64,000 nt of DNA, from contig JAJYRN010000013.1 of NCBI GenBank assembly GCA_021794095.1, forward strand, positions 9,465 through 73,464, written 5' to 3'. The notes beneath the pieces are model-generated. The model did no database searches. It was given only the letters and a program-made list of their open reading frames with translations, and was not told the DNA's origin. Position 1 is the stretch's first letter, and each line of letters starts with the position of its first letter. The DNA is from Acidobacteriota bacterium (GTDB lineage: Bacteria; Acidobacteriota; Holophagae; Holophagales; Holophagaceae). Below, one piece after another: positions 44,932 through 57,000 of the stretch. A program made the translations under genes and the position numbers.

Positions 44932-47105
44932 TGCCGATGGTCATTGCCCTCGCTGGCAACCCCAATTGCGGGAAGACGACCATTTTCAATGCGCTGACCG
45001 GGGCCCGCCACCATGTCGGGAACTGGCCGGGTGTGACCGTAGAGCGGCGGAGCGGCACCTTCGAGCAGGACGGGCTGGTGCTGGAGGTGGTGGACCTGCC
45101 GGGCACCTATTCTCTTTCCACCCGCAGCGAGGATGAGCGGGTGGCCGCCCAGGCCCTGGCCTCGCGCGAAGTGGACCTGGTGCTGAATGTGCTGGATGCC
45201 TCCAACCTGGAGCGGAACCTCTACCTCAGCACCCAGCTGCTGGAACTGGGCAAGCCGGTGGTGTTTGTCCTGAACATGATGGACGATGCCCTGAAGCGGG
45301 GCGTCCAGGTTGATGTGGAAGCCCTCGAAAGCCTGCTGGGCGGACCGGTTATCGCCACTGTGGGCAACCGGGAGGAGGGCATCGGCCCTCTGAAGAGCCT
45401 GCTCGCCTCCCTGGCCCGGGGCGAGACCGCGCGCTGCCGGCCCATCGCCGTGGACTACGGACACGATCTGGAAGGCGAACTGAAGAAGCTGGAGAAGGAG
45501 ATCCAGCGGGACGAGACTCTGGCGGCCAGCACGCCTCCCCGCTGGCTGGCCCTCCAGCTGCTCGAGGGCAGCCCGGCTGTCAAAGCGGCCCTGGTGGAGA
45601 GCCATGCGCGCGAGGCCATTGGACAGCAGTTGGCTAAAAGCACTGCCTTCCTGGAGCACCACCTCGGCCAGGATGCGGCCACCCTGGTGGCCGAGGGCCG
45701 CTATGGATTCGCTCACGGATTGGTGAAGGAGGCCGCCCCCGCGCCGGAAACGGAGGGCATGACTGCCACCGGGCGTCTGGATGCCCTCCTCACTCACCGG
45801 TACCTGGGCATTCCCATCTTCATCGTCATTCTGGGGCTGGTGTACTCGGTGTCCTTCATCCTCGGGAAGATCCCCCAGGACTGGATCGCCGAGGGCTTCA
45901 ATGCCCTTTCCGCCTTCGCCGGCAACCATCTTCCACCGGGCGAACTCACCAGTCTGCTGGTGGATGGCGTCATCCCTGGCGTGAGCGCAGTCATCGTGTT
46001 CGTGCCCGTGATCATGATCCTCATGGGCTGCATCGCCTTCCTGGAGGACACGGGCTACATGGCCCGGGCCGCCTTCATCATGGACCGCCTCATGCACGTG
46101 ATGGGGCTGCATGGGAAGAGCTTCATCCCGCTCATCATGGGCAGCGGCTGCAACGTGCCGGCCATCCAGGCCGCGCGCACGATCGAGAGCCGCCAGGACC
46201 GCCTGATCACCATTCTCGTGACGCCGCTGGTGTCCTGCTCGGCGCGCCTGCAGATCTACATCGTCATCGCGGGCACCTTCTTCACGCCGGTGAAGGCCGC
46301 CATGGTCATCGTGGCCATGCACTTCCTCGGGCTTGGTTTGGCGGTGCTCATGGGCCGGCTGCTGCGCTCGGCGCTGTTCAGCGGTCCCAGTTCGCCGTTC
46401 GTGATGGAGTTGCCCCCGTACCGCCTGCCCGTGCTGAAGAGCACGCTGGTGCACATGTGGGAGAAGGGTTCCATCTTCCTCACCCGGGCCGGTACGACCA
46501 TTTTCGCAGGGGCCACGCTGGTGTGGTTCCTGTCCCGCTATCCCGGCATCGCCAATCCCCAGTGGACCGAGGATTACCTCCAGCAGCGCCAGGCGGTGCT
46601 GGCCCTGCACCTGCCGCAGGCCCAGACGGACAGCCAGATGCGCGCCCTGGCTCTGGCCCACGAGAGCCGCATCGTCAACAGCAGCTTCGCCGCCCGGATC
46701 GGGAAGCGGGTTGCCCCGGTGCTCCAGCCCATCCTGGACCCCGATCATCTGCGGCATCAGGCGTGGAAGGATGTCATCGCCCTCACGGCCGGGTTCGTCG
46801 CCAAGGAGATCGTGGTTTCCACCATGGCCGTCATCCACCAGGCCAGTGATGAACCTCGGCCCGGCGAGCGGCTGAGCCCCCTGCAGGTCGCCCTGCGCGA
46901 CCGCTCGGGACTCACGCCCCTTACGGCCCTGGCGTTCATGATCTTCACGCTCATCTACACGCCCTGTCTGGGCACGGTGGCCATGATCCGCCGCGAGGCG
47001 GGAAGCTGGGGATGGGCGGGCCTTTCCGTCGCCTATGGCCTGGTGCTGGGGTGGGGGCTGGCCTGGATGACGGTGGTGGTGGGACGGTGGATGGGTTACG
47101 CGTGA
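44931..47105 (+). CDS. feoB: Ferrous iron transport protein B
   Basis: GNPNCGKT, VGNWPGVTVE, DLPGTYSL, NMMD, GCNVPA, PFVMELPPY, YTPCLGT. Confidence 0.97.
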   Translation: MPMVIALAGNPNCGKTTIFNALTGARHHVGNWPGVTVERRSGTFEQDGLVLEVVDLPGTYSLSTRSEDERVAAQALASREVDLVLNVLDASNLERNLYLSTQLLELGKPVVFVLNMMDDALKRGVQVDVEALESLLGGPVIATVGNREEGIGPLKSLLASLARGETARCRPIAVDYGHDLEGELKKLEKEIQRDETLAASTPPRWLALQLLEGSPAVKAALVESHAREAIGQQLAKSTAFLEHHLGQDAATLVAEGRYGFAHGLVKEAAPAPETEGMTATGRLDALLTHRYLGIPIFIVILGLVYSVSFILGKIPQDWIAEGFNALSAFAGNHLPPGELTSLLVDGVIPGVSAVIVFVPVIMILMGCIAFLEDTGYMARAAFIMDRLMHVMGLHGKSFIPLIMGSGCNVPAIQAARTIESRQDRLITILVTPLVSCSARLQIYIVIAGTFFTPVKAAMVIVAMHFLGLGLAVLMGRLLRSALFSGPSSPFVMELPPYRLPVLKSTLVHMWEKGSIFLTRAGTTIFAGATLVWFLSRYPGIANPQWTEDYLQQRQAVLALHLPQAQTDSQMRALALAHESRIVNSSFAARIGKRVAPVLQPILDPDHLRHQAWKDVIALTAGFVAKEIVVSTMAVIHQASDEPRPGERLSPLQVALRDRSGLTPLTALAFMIFTLIYTPCLGTVAMIRREAGSWGWAGLSVAYGLVLGWGLAWMTVVVGRWMGYA

Positions 47106-47112
47106 GGCAACT

Positions 47113-47325
47113 ATGAACCTGCAAACCCTGATTGCGATGTCGCTGGTGCTGGTCGCCGGCCTCTGGTTCGCCCGGGGGTTCCTGTTGGCCGCCCTGGGCC
47201 GTGGCGGCTGCGCCAGCGGCGGTTCCTGCGGCTCCTGCCGCTCGGCCGGATGCAACGTGGCCCGGTTCGAGGCCATCCGCGTGGCACAGGAAGCGCAAAC
47301 CAAGCGCCCCGGCTCCGTCAAATAA
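47113..47325 (+). CDS. FeoB-associated Cys-rich small membrane protein
   Basis: One TM segment followed by CASGGSCGSCRSAGC, directly after feoB. Confidence 0.75.
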   Translation: MNLQTLIAMSLVLVAGLWFARGFLLAALGRGGCASGGSCGSCRSAGCNVARFEAIRVAQEAQTKRPGSVK

Positions 47326-47424
47326 AGACTGGCGTGGCGGAACCGGCTTCCAACACCTTCAAGGGGGCTGGATCGGCGGGGATGTACACGGGCCGCATGC
47401 CCAGATTGGGGATGTGTAGGTTGT

Positions 47425-50400
47425 CTACTTCAGTCCCAGGCTTGCTGCTTGCTGTTGGAGGCTTTTCCAGTGGTCCAGGGTGCCCTGGAGCAGGGCGTCC
47501 AGACGCTGGTACCCGGCCTTTGCATCGGGGGAAGGCTCCCCATCGGCGCCATCCACGGCGTGCAGAAGCTGGCCGAGGGCGCCCCCCAGGTAGCGGAAAT
47601 TCCCGGTGCTTGTGATGGGGACGGCCCACACATTGGCGGGGTTCGCCGTTTCCGCCAGCCCCATCAACGTGCTGAGCTTCTGGTCCAAGGTGCGGAGGGC
47701 TTCGCCCTGCGCGCCCTGCTGGGGCCTGGCGCGCAGGAGGCGGTGGAGCTTCCGGGCCGCGCCTTCCGCAGTGGCCAACTGGACCTGCAAGGCCTCGATG
47801 CGCGCGCCAAGCGCATCCTGGTGCAGGAAGGCTTCCGCCGGAAGATGCACGCGGGGATCCGGGACCACCTCCAGCGGCTGACGGAGGGTGTGCCCGTCCA
47901 CGGTCAGCGCCACGGTGTAGTGGCCCGGCGGCACCCAGCGGCCATCGGCATAGGCATTCCCGTGGGACAGCGCCGGGGGCAGCATCCGGTGCAGCGGCCA
48001 CACGAAGCGGTGCTGGCCGGGGGTGGTGGCCAGGGTGGAGGGCCGGGGGATCCATTCGGGGGCGGCGTGGGCGGTGGCGGGATCCGGGGCAGGAGCGCGG
48101 TCCGCGCTGGAGTAGCGACGTACCAGTTGCCCCTTGGCGTCGCGGATCTCCAGGGTGATCGGTCCCGTGGGGGTGGCCGCCAGCACGTAGTCAATCCAGG
48201 CGCCGAACGGCGGATTCGGGGCCTGGGGTTCTTCCTTGGTCAGGGGCGTGCCGGTGAAGGTGGCCGGCCGGAGCCGGAGGACGGTGGCGGGTTTCAGCAG
48301 CCGCGTCTGGAGGGGGCCAGGTTCCGCCTGGCGCAGGGGGGCTAGGCCATCGAGGATCCAGAAGCCCCGGCCGTGGGTGGCGATCACCAGGTCGTTCCCA
48401 TGCACCGTGAGATCCCGCACCGAGACCCAGGGCAGGTCCAGTTGCAGGGATTGCCACTGGTCGCCGGCGTCGAAGGACACGAAGATGCCCTGTTCCGTGG
48501 CGGCGTAGAGCAGGCCCCGGCGCGCGGGATCCTCGCGCACAGCGTTGAGGAAGGCGCCCTTGGGAAGGCCCGAGGTGATGGCCGTCCAGTGCTTCCCGCC
48601 ATCGCGGGTGCGGTAGAGGTGAGGCTGGCGGTCCTCGATCCGATGTCGGTCCACGGCCACATAGGCGGCGCCCGCGTCGAAGGGCGAGGCTTCGATGCCG
48701 GCGATCTTGGACCAGGGGCCGAGTTCCGGCGGCGTGACCGCCTCCCAGTGGGCGCCGCCATCCGGGGTGCGCCAGACGAGGCCGTCATCCGTGCCCACCC
48801 ACAGCAGCTTCCCGTCGAGGGGCGAGGGCGCGATGGCGTAGATGACGCCCCGGCGGGGATCGGCACCCGCATCGCAGGTCATGCCTGCGGCCTGCAGGGC
48901 CGGCGGCGCGCCGGGATCCGGCCGGGTGAGGTCCGGGCTGATCGCGTCCCAGTGCAGGCCGCCATCGGTGGTGCGGAACAGCCGCTGGTTGCCGAAATAG
49001 AGGGCCTTCGGGCCCCGCCGGGAGAAGGCCAGGGGCAGGGTCCAGGCGCGGCGGTAGAGGCCGGGCTTCGCGAGGGTGGGATCCACGGAGCGGGTCTGCT
49101 CAGTCGTGAGGTCAAGCCGGTCCACGGCGCCCCCGTAGATCACCTTCGGATTGTCGGGATCGGGCGCGATCATGCCGGATTCCCCCCCGGTGGTGAGTTC
49201 GTGGAACTGCTCCAGGCTGATGGTGCCGTGGAAGGTGGTGAGGCTGGGGAGGCCCACCGCGCCGGAATCCTGCTGGGCCCCGTAGACGTGGTAGGGGAAG
49301 CCCTGGTCTGTGGCCACGTGGTAGATCTGGGCCGTGGGCTGGTTCAGGCGGGAACTCCAGGTGCGTCCACCGTTCACGGTGACCTGGGCGCCCTGATCGG
49401 AGCCCACGATCTGCCGCCGGGGATCGGCGGGATCCACCCACAGCTCGTGGAAGTCGTCGCCCGTGAAGTCGCCGCTCTGGGCGACGAAGTGCCCTCCGCC
49501 ATCCTCCGAGCGCAGGAGGATGGTGTTCATCACCCAGATCCGGTTGGCATCCGCGGGATCCACCGTGATCCGGCCGAAGTACCAGCCCCGGGCCCAGATG
49601 CGGGGATCGGCGCTGGTGCGCGTCCAGTGGCCACCGGCATCCTCCGACCGGTAGAGGCCGCCCTCCGGCCCATCCACCAGGGCGTACACCCGGTGGGGAT
49701 CCGCATTGGACAACGCGAGTCCAATCCGGCCCGCGCTGGCGGGGAAGCCGCCGCCCGCGATGCGGCTCCAGTGGGTGCCGCCATCCACCGATTTCCAGAG
49801 GCCGGAACCCGGACCTTCCAGGGGCGGATAGATGCTCCAGGGGGTGCGCCGGGTCTGCCACAGCGACGCGTAGATCACTTCCGGATTCCCGGGTTCGAAG
49901 GCCAGGTCAATGGCGCCGGTGGCGGCATCGGGGCCCAGCACTTTGGTCCAGGTGCGTCCGCCGTCCTCCGTGCGGAATACGCCCCGCTCGGCGCTGGGCC
50001 CGTAAGGGTGGCCGAGGGCCGCCACGAAGACCCGGTCCGCGTTCCGGGGATCCACGAGGATCCGTCCGATCTGCTGGGTATCCGCCAGGCCGAGGTGGGT
50101 CCAGGTGCTTCCGCCATCCGTGGAGCGATACAGGCCATCGCCCTGGGTGATGTCCGAGCGCATGTCCGCTTCGCCGGTGCCCACGTAGATCACATCCGGG
50201 TTGGACGGCGCCACGGCCAGGGCGCCGATGGCCTGGGTGGGCTGGCCGTCGAAGCGCGGCTGCCAGGTGTGGCCCGCATCATCCGTCTCCCACACGCCCC
50301 CATCCACCGCACCGAACCAGAACCGTTTCGGATGGCCGGGCACACCGCTGACCGCCAGCACCCGCCCGCCCCGGAAGGGCCCGATCATCCGCCAATGGAG

Positions 50401-50484
50401 ATCCTGGAATTGCGCAGGAGCGACCTGACCGTGGGCCGCCAGGGTCGCCAGCATCAAGAAGACGGATGGCGCGTGGCGGAACAT
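47425..50484 (-). CDS. Secreted VPS10/BNR (Asp-box) repeat beta-propeller protein, putative glycosyl hydrolase
   Basis: Signal peptide; WRMIGPFRGGR; many S/T-x-D-G-G-x-x-W Asp boxes; 1019 aa. Confidence 0.88.
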   Translation of the reverse strand: MFRHAPSVFLMLATLAAHGQVAPAQFQDLHWRMIGPFRGGRVLAVSGVPGHPKRFWFGAVDGGVWETDDAGHTWQPRFDGQPTQAIGALAVAPSNPDVIYVGTGEADMRSDITQGDGLYRSTDGGSTWTHLGLADTQQIGRILVDPRNADRVFVAALGHPYGPSAERGVFRTEDGGRTWTKVLGPDAATGAIDLAFEPGNPEVIYASLWQTRRTPWSIYPPLEGPGSGLWKSVDGGTHWSRIAGGGFPASAGRIGLALSNADPHRVYALVDGPEGGLYRSEDAGGHWTRTSADPRIWARGWYFGRITVDPADANRIWVMNTILLRSEDGGGHFVAQSGDFTGDDFHELWVDPADPRRQIVGSDQGAQVTVNGGRTWSSRLNQPTAQIYHVATDQGFPYHVYGAQQDSGAVGLPSLTTFHGTISLEQFHELTTGGESGMIAPDPDNPKVIYGGAVDRLDLTTEQTRSVDPTLAKPGLYRRAWTLPLAFSRRGPKALYFGNQRLFRTTDGGLHWDAISPDLTRPDPGAPPALQAAGMTCDAGADPRRGVIYAIAPSPLDGKLLWVGTDDGLVWRTPDGGAHWEAVTPPELGPWSKIAGIEASPFDAGAAYVAVDRHRIEDRQPHLYRTRDGGKHWTAITSGLPKGAFLNAVREDPARRGLLYAATEQGIFVSFDAGDQWQSLQLDLPWVSVRDLTVHGNDLVIATHGRGFWILDGLAPLRQAEPGPLQTRLLKPATVLRLRPATFTGTPLTKEEPQAPNPPFGAWIDYVLAATPTGPITLEIRDAKGQLVRRYSSADRAPAPDPATAHAAPEWIPRPSTLATTPGQHRFVWPLHRMLPPALSHGNAYADGRWVPPGHYTVALTVDGHTLRQPLEVVPDPRVHLPAEAFLHQDALGARIEALQVQLATAEGAARKLHRLLRARPQQGAQGEALRTLDQKLSTLMGLAETANPANVWAVPITSTGNFRYLGGALGQLLHAVDGADGEPSPDAKAGYQRLDALLQGTLDHWKSLQQQAASLGLK

Positions 50485-50676
50485 GGATCCCCCTCAGCGC
50501 GGGCCAGACCCGCATCCGCAGATCATAGCCGAAAGGCATCGTGCTGCGAGGGTTGCCCGTACCCAGGGAGGTCTACACGGTCATGAGGTGCTCCCCGCAG
50601 GATGGCAGGCAAGCTCAGCTGCGGCCTACCCACATGAAAGGGAAAGGAACCGAGGCCATCCGATGCCGATCTCCAT

Positions 50677-50772
50677 GGGCTGGTAGCGGGTGAGGATTTT
50701 GCTGCCCCGCTCATAGCTTCCGCTCACCAACTGGAACAGGAGATGCACGGTCCTTCGCCTAGAGAGCGGGCG
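50677..50772 (-). mobile_element. Degraded IS21-family IstB fragment
   Basis: Manual translation PLSRRRTVHLLFQLVSGSYERGSKILT resembles the IstB motif LLFQLVSRRYERGSxILT; no intact ORF. Confidence 0.6.
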
Positions 50773-50789
50773 GCAGGCCTAGGGCTTGG

Positions 50790-51030
50790 ATGTTAATTGT
50801 TGTTAAGACTCCATGGATCGCATGAATAAAATAAAAATAATAACTTTAATCATTTTAATTTTTATATTAATTTAAATCCAAACAAAATCGAAAAAATCTT
50901 ATCGCGTTGCAAGGCATATAGGGCATTTTGAATATTGAAGAATCTCGTCTAGCCTGCAATATTCCGAACTTCATGGTTGTCTTTCCGAATCGGGACCTGG
51001 TCGGTCGGACATTTTGTTGTTTGGATGAGA
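50790..51030. promoter_or_regulatory. Strongly AT-rich upstream region of the giant gene
   Basis: Runs such as AATAAAATAAAAATAATAACTTTAATCATTTTAATTTTTATATTAATTTAAA in an otherwise very GC-rich window. Confidence 0.6.
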
Positions 51031-51034
51031 TTCC

Positions 51035-54000
51035 ATGCTCCATTATGCAAAACAACCCGTTTCCCGTGCCTTGACATTGACACTTTGTCTTTGGACTAGT
51101 TTGGGATTTGGTCGGACGGTTCGACTTAAACGCGGCCCACGGCCCGAAGGAACTTCTGCTGCAGGTGTGACTCCCCATGTGACGGTCGGGATGGCCTCTC
51201 TGCTTCGAGCGGGGGCGTTGGCTGTGACTTCTCTCGACCTGGTGGGGCTCGAACTCCGCCTGCCTTCGACTCCCATGAATCTGCCTCGGAATGCCCCCTT
51301 TTTCGTGCCCGTCCAGCTCGGGCTCCGGGGCCAGCCCGTGGGACAGGCCTCGAACCCTTACCCTGCCGATGCGGAGCTTCAGGGGACTTTGACCGGGCCC
51401 GGGCTCTCGGCCCCGGTAGCGCTGTCTGGCACGCTGGCATCGGGACTTTCCGTTCCCGGGTTGCCGGAGGCTGGCGATTACACGATCTCGGGTGTTCAGC
51501 TGGTCCACGATTCTCGGGTCCTTCTGAAGGCCCAGCAGAATGCCTTCAGCGTTCATTGCCTCGGGGATGTCCTGGTCACCAGCGTCTCCGCCTCGCCCAT
51601 GACGATGGATGAGATCAAGCAGGCCGGGATCCAGCTTGAACCGGGAGACTACACGGGCCGCCGGTTCGAGATGACCCTGTCCGTCGGCGGGAAGCAGGTG
51701 TCTCTCAACATTCCTGTGGCCATTCCGGTCTACAACGGTCTGGAAGATCCTCGCGGTTCAGTGGGACCCGTGGGGCTGAAGATCGGGAACATTCAGGGCG
51801 CCATTCCGAATGGCCTATCGGTGGTGCTGGCGGATATTGTGCCGGATAAGGATCCCTTCAGCCTCAGCCGTCCCTCGGTGTCCTTTGAAATGCGGAACAA
51901 CTTCAAGGCGCTGCTGGTGATTCCGGGGAGCATCGGGTACCTCAAGCAGATCTACAAAGTCAACGTGGCCGTGTTCGACGCGTTGGACCCCAGCTCTCCC
52001 TACCGGATCAGCCACCTTGCGGCCACTTGGCTTCCCCCCGCAGGGCTTGATGGCATGCCCGGCACACCGGACGACCCCCTCCTGGCCACGGGCGGGGAGA
52101 GCCTGGCCCAAGTCCTGGTCGGGCCGAAGGGGAATTCCACCCTGTCTGGCGGTCAGACGGCCATGGCCACCTTCGACCTTCTCGGCAACGCCGAAGGCAG
52201 CCATCCGCTCGACTTCAAGATCGTGGGCCAGTTCGAAGGAGGGGACCTGGATCAGCCGGTGGCCCTGACCGGGGTGGCCCACGGCAAGGTGCTGGTCCAG
52301 GACCCGAATTTCAACTTGATGCTGGTCCACCCGGATGTGGTGCGCCGGGGACAGACCTACACGCTGGAGGCCCACCTCACCAACACGTCCCAGACCCTGG
52401 CCAACGCCGTCAGCCTCACCATTGACAAGGCCCGGCTGGCAGGGACCCAGCTCATCGGGGATGCCACCCAGACCATTGACACCCTTCTGCCTGGCCAGAC
52501 CGTGGTGATGAAGTTCAGGCTCCAGGCCTTCATCAGCGGCCAGGTGACCAGCTCCTACCTCTACATTGATCCGGGCAACACCATCGGCTTCCAGCTCAGC
52601 ACGGGAATCGGGCCCAGGGATGTGTGCCTCAACCCAGATACCCTGTCCCTGCCCGACAGCCTGGTGGACCCCACGCGGGGCATTCCCAAGCCGCTCCAGG
52701 AAGCCATGCTGGCGCTGCTCAATGCAGGCTACGACGTAGCGACCTCCCAGCAAGCCCTGCCACCTGGGGTGCTGCCCATCTCCCGGGCCACCATCACCAC
52801 CACCATGGCCGAGTCGCTTTCACAGGAAGGGCTCTTCCTGGGCATGGGACTCGACAAGGCCCGGGTCTGGTGGGACCTGTGGACCCTGTTCACCCGGAAT
52901 CCAGATGCCGGGTTCGATCAGCTGATGCGGACCACCCAGGTGGGGGCCGACCTCCGGAACGCCTTTCTCTCAGCCTGGGCCTGGGCGAACGGAGCCAAGG
53001 GACCGGCGGTGCGTGCGAAGGATTTCGCGACGTTCAATTCCGGCCTATCGGACATGGCTCTGGTGGGGATCCAGGGGGCCGGACCGGGCCTCCAGATCGC
53101 CGCCTCGAACGGCCATGGGGGCATCTTGGAAATGGGGCTTCCCGAATCAGATCAGGCGCCTGTCCCGGTACCAGGCCTTGGGCTGCCAGATTCGGCCTGG
53201 GGGGCCTCGGGTGGACTTCAGCTGCTGCAGGTTCCAATGGGGCCCAAGGACACCGTTCGGCTGGCTGTGGCGAACCAGGGGCCGGAGACCCGGACCCTGA
53301 CCCTTGGTCTGGTCAATCCCCTGGCTGGAAGCGCCGTTCCCGTGTCGAACACCCTGACGGTAACCCTCGAAAAGGGGGAGTCCGCCATGCTCAAACTCGG
53401 GGCCACGCGAATCGTGAGTGCCGAGTTGACCTCATCCCAAGGGGATGCGCAAGGCCAGGTGCTGGCGCAGAACACCGAGGACGCGCCCGCCGAGCCCTTT
53501 CAGGTACTGGGGATCCACCGCTACGACCTCAGCGTGTCTGGGAGCGCGGATCCCTACGGCACTCAGGTCATGATCCTCTTCAACCGTCCGAACATGGCTC
53601 TGAACGTGCCGGATGGGGACGCGGGTTTCCAGACCGCTTCGGCCCTGGTCCAGATCGAGGCCAACCAGTTCTGGCGGAAGGTCATGGCTCCGAATCCTGA
53701 GACCGGTGTGGTGCCTCCCGCGCCCGCCGCGCTTCTCCAGGCCTTCCCCCGCGTGGTCTCCTGCTACCTGGAGAAGCCGGTGGGCCCCTACATCCATCGG
53801 AGCCTGACCCTCTCGTCCCAGTGGACTGATCAGGATGGCCACCCGATTCAGGGACCGTTGACCTGGGACATCCAGAGCGGGCTACTCCCCGGCGGAGCGG
53901 TCGTAAAGGGGCATTTCCGCCGGCTTGATGGCACCGGCGTGCCGGGGCACCTGACTTACTGGTACCAGCAGCGGGTCGACAACACCGCGGTTGACCTGGC

Positions 54001-57000
54001 TACGGGTTATTCCTTCGCCGATGAAATGATCGACTTCTACTACCCCTTGATCACGAACAACGTGGCCACCGAGGCGGATGGTTCCTTCCAGCTCGACTAC
54101 GTGCCAGCCCCCATCGGCGACTTCATCGGTCCCTTCGTGCTCCAGGGTGGGTTCCCCGAAGGGACAGCCTTCGCGGAGGCTTCGGTCCTCGGTAATGGCC
54201 AGACCATCCAGATGGACTTGGTCCTGGAAGGCAAAGGATCGGTGGATGGCACCGTGCTCGATGCCGAGGGGCAGCCCATCGAAGGTGCCCAGGTGCTGGC
54301 CATCCAGGAACAACAGAGTTCGGATTTTACCCGAGGCACGGGGGGCGGCCACTTCAGCGCGGGGGGCGTCACGGATGCCCAGGGCCACTACCACCTGGAA
54401 GGACTCAAGACCGGGGTCTTCAGCCTCCAGGTCCTCAAGGGCGACCTGGGTGCCGTGAGCGGCGGAGAGATCACCACGGATGGCCAGATGGTCAGCCTGA
54501 ACGTGGTGCTGCAGGGGAAGGTGGGTACCATCCGGGCGCGGGTGCTCGATCCCAAGGGGCTTCTGCGCAGGGATCAGACCGTGCGCCTCGGCATCCCTGG
54601 AGGGCTCGTCCGGAACGGTTCCTCGGCGGGAAGCTGGACTTACCCCCTCGAAGGCAAACCCGGCCCAGACGGATGGGTGACCTTCACCAAGGTTCCCGCA
54701 GGGGATGTGCAGCTCATTGCCCCGTATTCCGCACCTACCCAGGCGCCCGGCTGGCAGGGGTTCCTGAAGCCGGACCAGACCCTTCAGATCGAACTGAAGA
54801 TGGCGGATCCCACCCAACTCGGATCCGTCCAGGCCCTGGTGGTGGATGCCGGCGGGAGTCCGGTTCCAGGGGCTTTCCTGAAGTTCGACTCTGGCGCCAG
54901 CATGAATTTCGTGGCCCAGACGGGGGACGATGGGCTGACCCCGCCTGTCCCGGTCCTTTCGGGCCAGGCGGTCCAAGGCTTCGTCTACCACCCCCACTGG
55001 ACAGGCCTCACGGCCACCAACAGCGTGCAGGTCCAGGCCGGCGGGCACTACATCCTCAAGGCGGTCCTGCCTGCCCGGTGCGTCCTGACTGGCGCTGTGA
55101 TCCGCCCCGACGGCTCCCCCGTGGCGGGGGCCTACGTGGCCATTCCTCCGGTCTACAGCGACAACACCCGCAACCGTCTCGCCATCACGGATACCCACGG
55201 GGCCTACACGATCCCCAACGTGCCCGCGGGTGGGGCCTACCGGCTGGCGGCCGTGGGTCCTGACTTGCGGACGGCGGTGAACGTGCAGGTCCCCGTGGCG
55301 TTGTCAGACACCAGCTTGACCGTGAACCTCACCTTGCCGGAGGTGGCCCACAACACCCTGACGGGGACGGTGTACCAGCCGCTGTCTGGCGCAGGACAGC
55401 GGGTTCCCACCAACGCGACCCTCGGCGTCTATGGCCAGCTGCCCGATATCGCGGCATCGCAGGGAGGGAACTCCCGGTGGGGGCTGCCAGAGCAGGCTCT
55501 GGTCGGAGCCGTGAACGAGGACGATATGCCCCCGACGCGGGTGGGGCAGTTCGCCATCCCCAACCTGCCAGCAGGCCCCTACACCCTGAACGCCAGCAGC
55601 AGTCTGTTCCCGAGCCTGGTGATGATGGCCGGGGATTTCGGGGCGGACACCTCCGGTACCAAATCGCTGGACGTCTACCTCCACGACAACAATGTCGGGC
55701 TCGTGCAGGGCAGGGTGGCCCAGCCGGACGGCCAGACGCCCGTGGCGGCCGGGGCCCGGGTGATGGTCATGATCGGCGGGCATTCCTTGATCCAGGTGCT
55801 CACCCAGGAAGGGGGAACCTACGTGTTTCCCAGGGTCCTTCCGCCCAATGATTTTTACATGCTGCGTGTCGAGGACCCCCAGACCGGCGATATCACGGTG
55901 AAGCCCTTCTCCCTGAATGCGCGGGAAATCAAGACCCTTAATGTCCGGCTTTGGGGCTGGGGCGATCTCACGGTGAAGGTGCAGGACAGCCATGGGAATC
56001 CCCTGATTGGGGTGGGGGCCACAACCTGCGGCACAGTCACCCTTCAGCACAGCAAGTCCAACCTCGTCGGCCTCGCCGACATGCCCCTGCTGCAGCTGCC
56101 GGTCACGCCGGCCGATCAGGGAACCCTGGTCTTCCCGCATCTGCTGGAGGGGCCCATCACCATCCAGCTCAAGGACACTTCGGGCCTCTCCGGCGTGGCT
56201 TCGGCGGAGCTCCCGATCGGGGGTGGAAACCAGACCGTGGTGGTACGCCTCCAGCCCGTGGGGCGGATCCAGGGCACCCTGTTGCGGGCGGATGGAACAC
56301 CCGTGGCGGCGGGCCGGGTGGACGCCTATCAGGGGGGGCGCTGGTTGGGGACCTGCCCGACCTTCGTGCAGTTCCCCACCGATCCGAATCCGGTGCCGGG
56401 CCATTTCATGTTCGATCCCCTGCCCACCGGGCCCATCCGTCTGGAAGCCTGGGATCCGGATAGCCGGCAGACCGGGCAGGCCACCGTGAATGTGGAGGAC
56501 AATCAGACAGCCACGCTGACCATGAAGACCTTGGATACCGGGCAGGTGACCATCCAGGTACTCCAGGAAGGCAAGCCGGTCCTGCGCGCGGGCATCAACG
56601 TGACTTACCAGGGCGGCCCAGCCATGAGCTTCGCCACCCAGGCCACGGCCGACGAGAGTGGGTCTGCGACGTTCATCCTGCCGCCAGGGACCTACGCCGT
56701 GGAAGCAACGGATCCGGTCTCGCTGGCTTCCGGGAGCCTGACCTTCACGCGGGAGCTCAATCAGGCCCCCTGCTCCAAGAGCCTGGACCTCCAGCCGGTC
56801 CGTTCCGTCTTCGTGACGGTGCTGCCTCCTCCGCCCCTACCGGGGCAGACCCCCGTGGACCTGACGGGATGGCGTCTCCGTGCAGATGGATTGAATCGAA
56901 CCATCCTCCTGGATTCGAACGGCCAGGGGACCCTTCTTGACATGCCGGTAGGAACCTATGCCCTGGCGCTGTACGACGCGGCGAACCGCTTCCGGGGGCG

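Noticed and set aside
50867-51556. 229-aa minus-strand ORF over the AT-rich tract
   Set aside because: Overlaps the giant ORF antisense, has no motifs, and its composition is non-coding-like.
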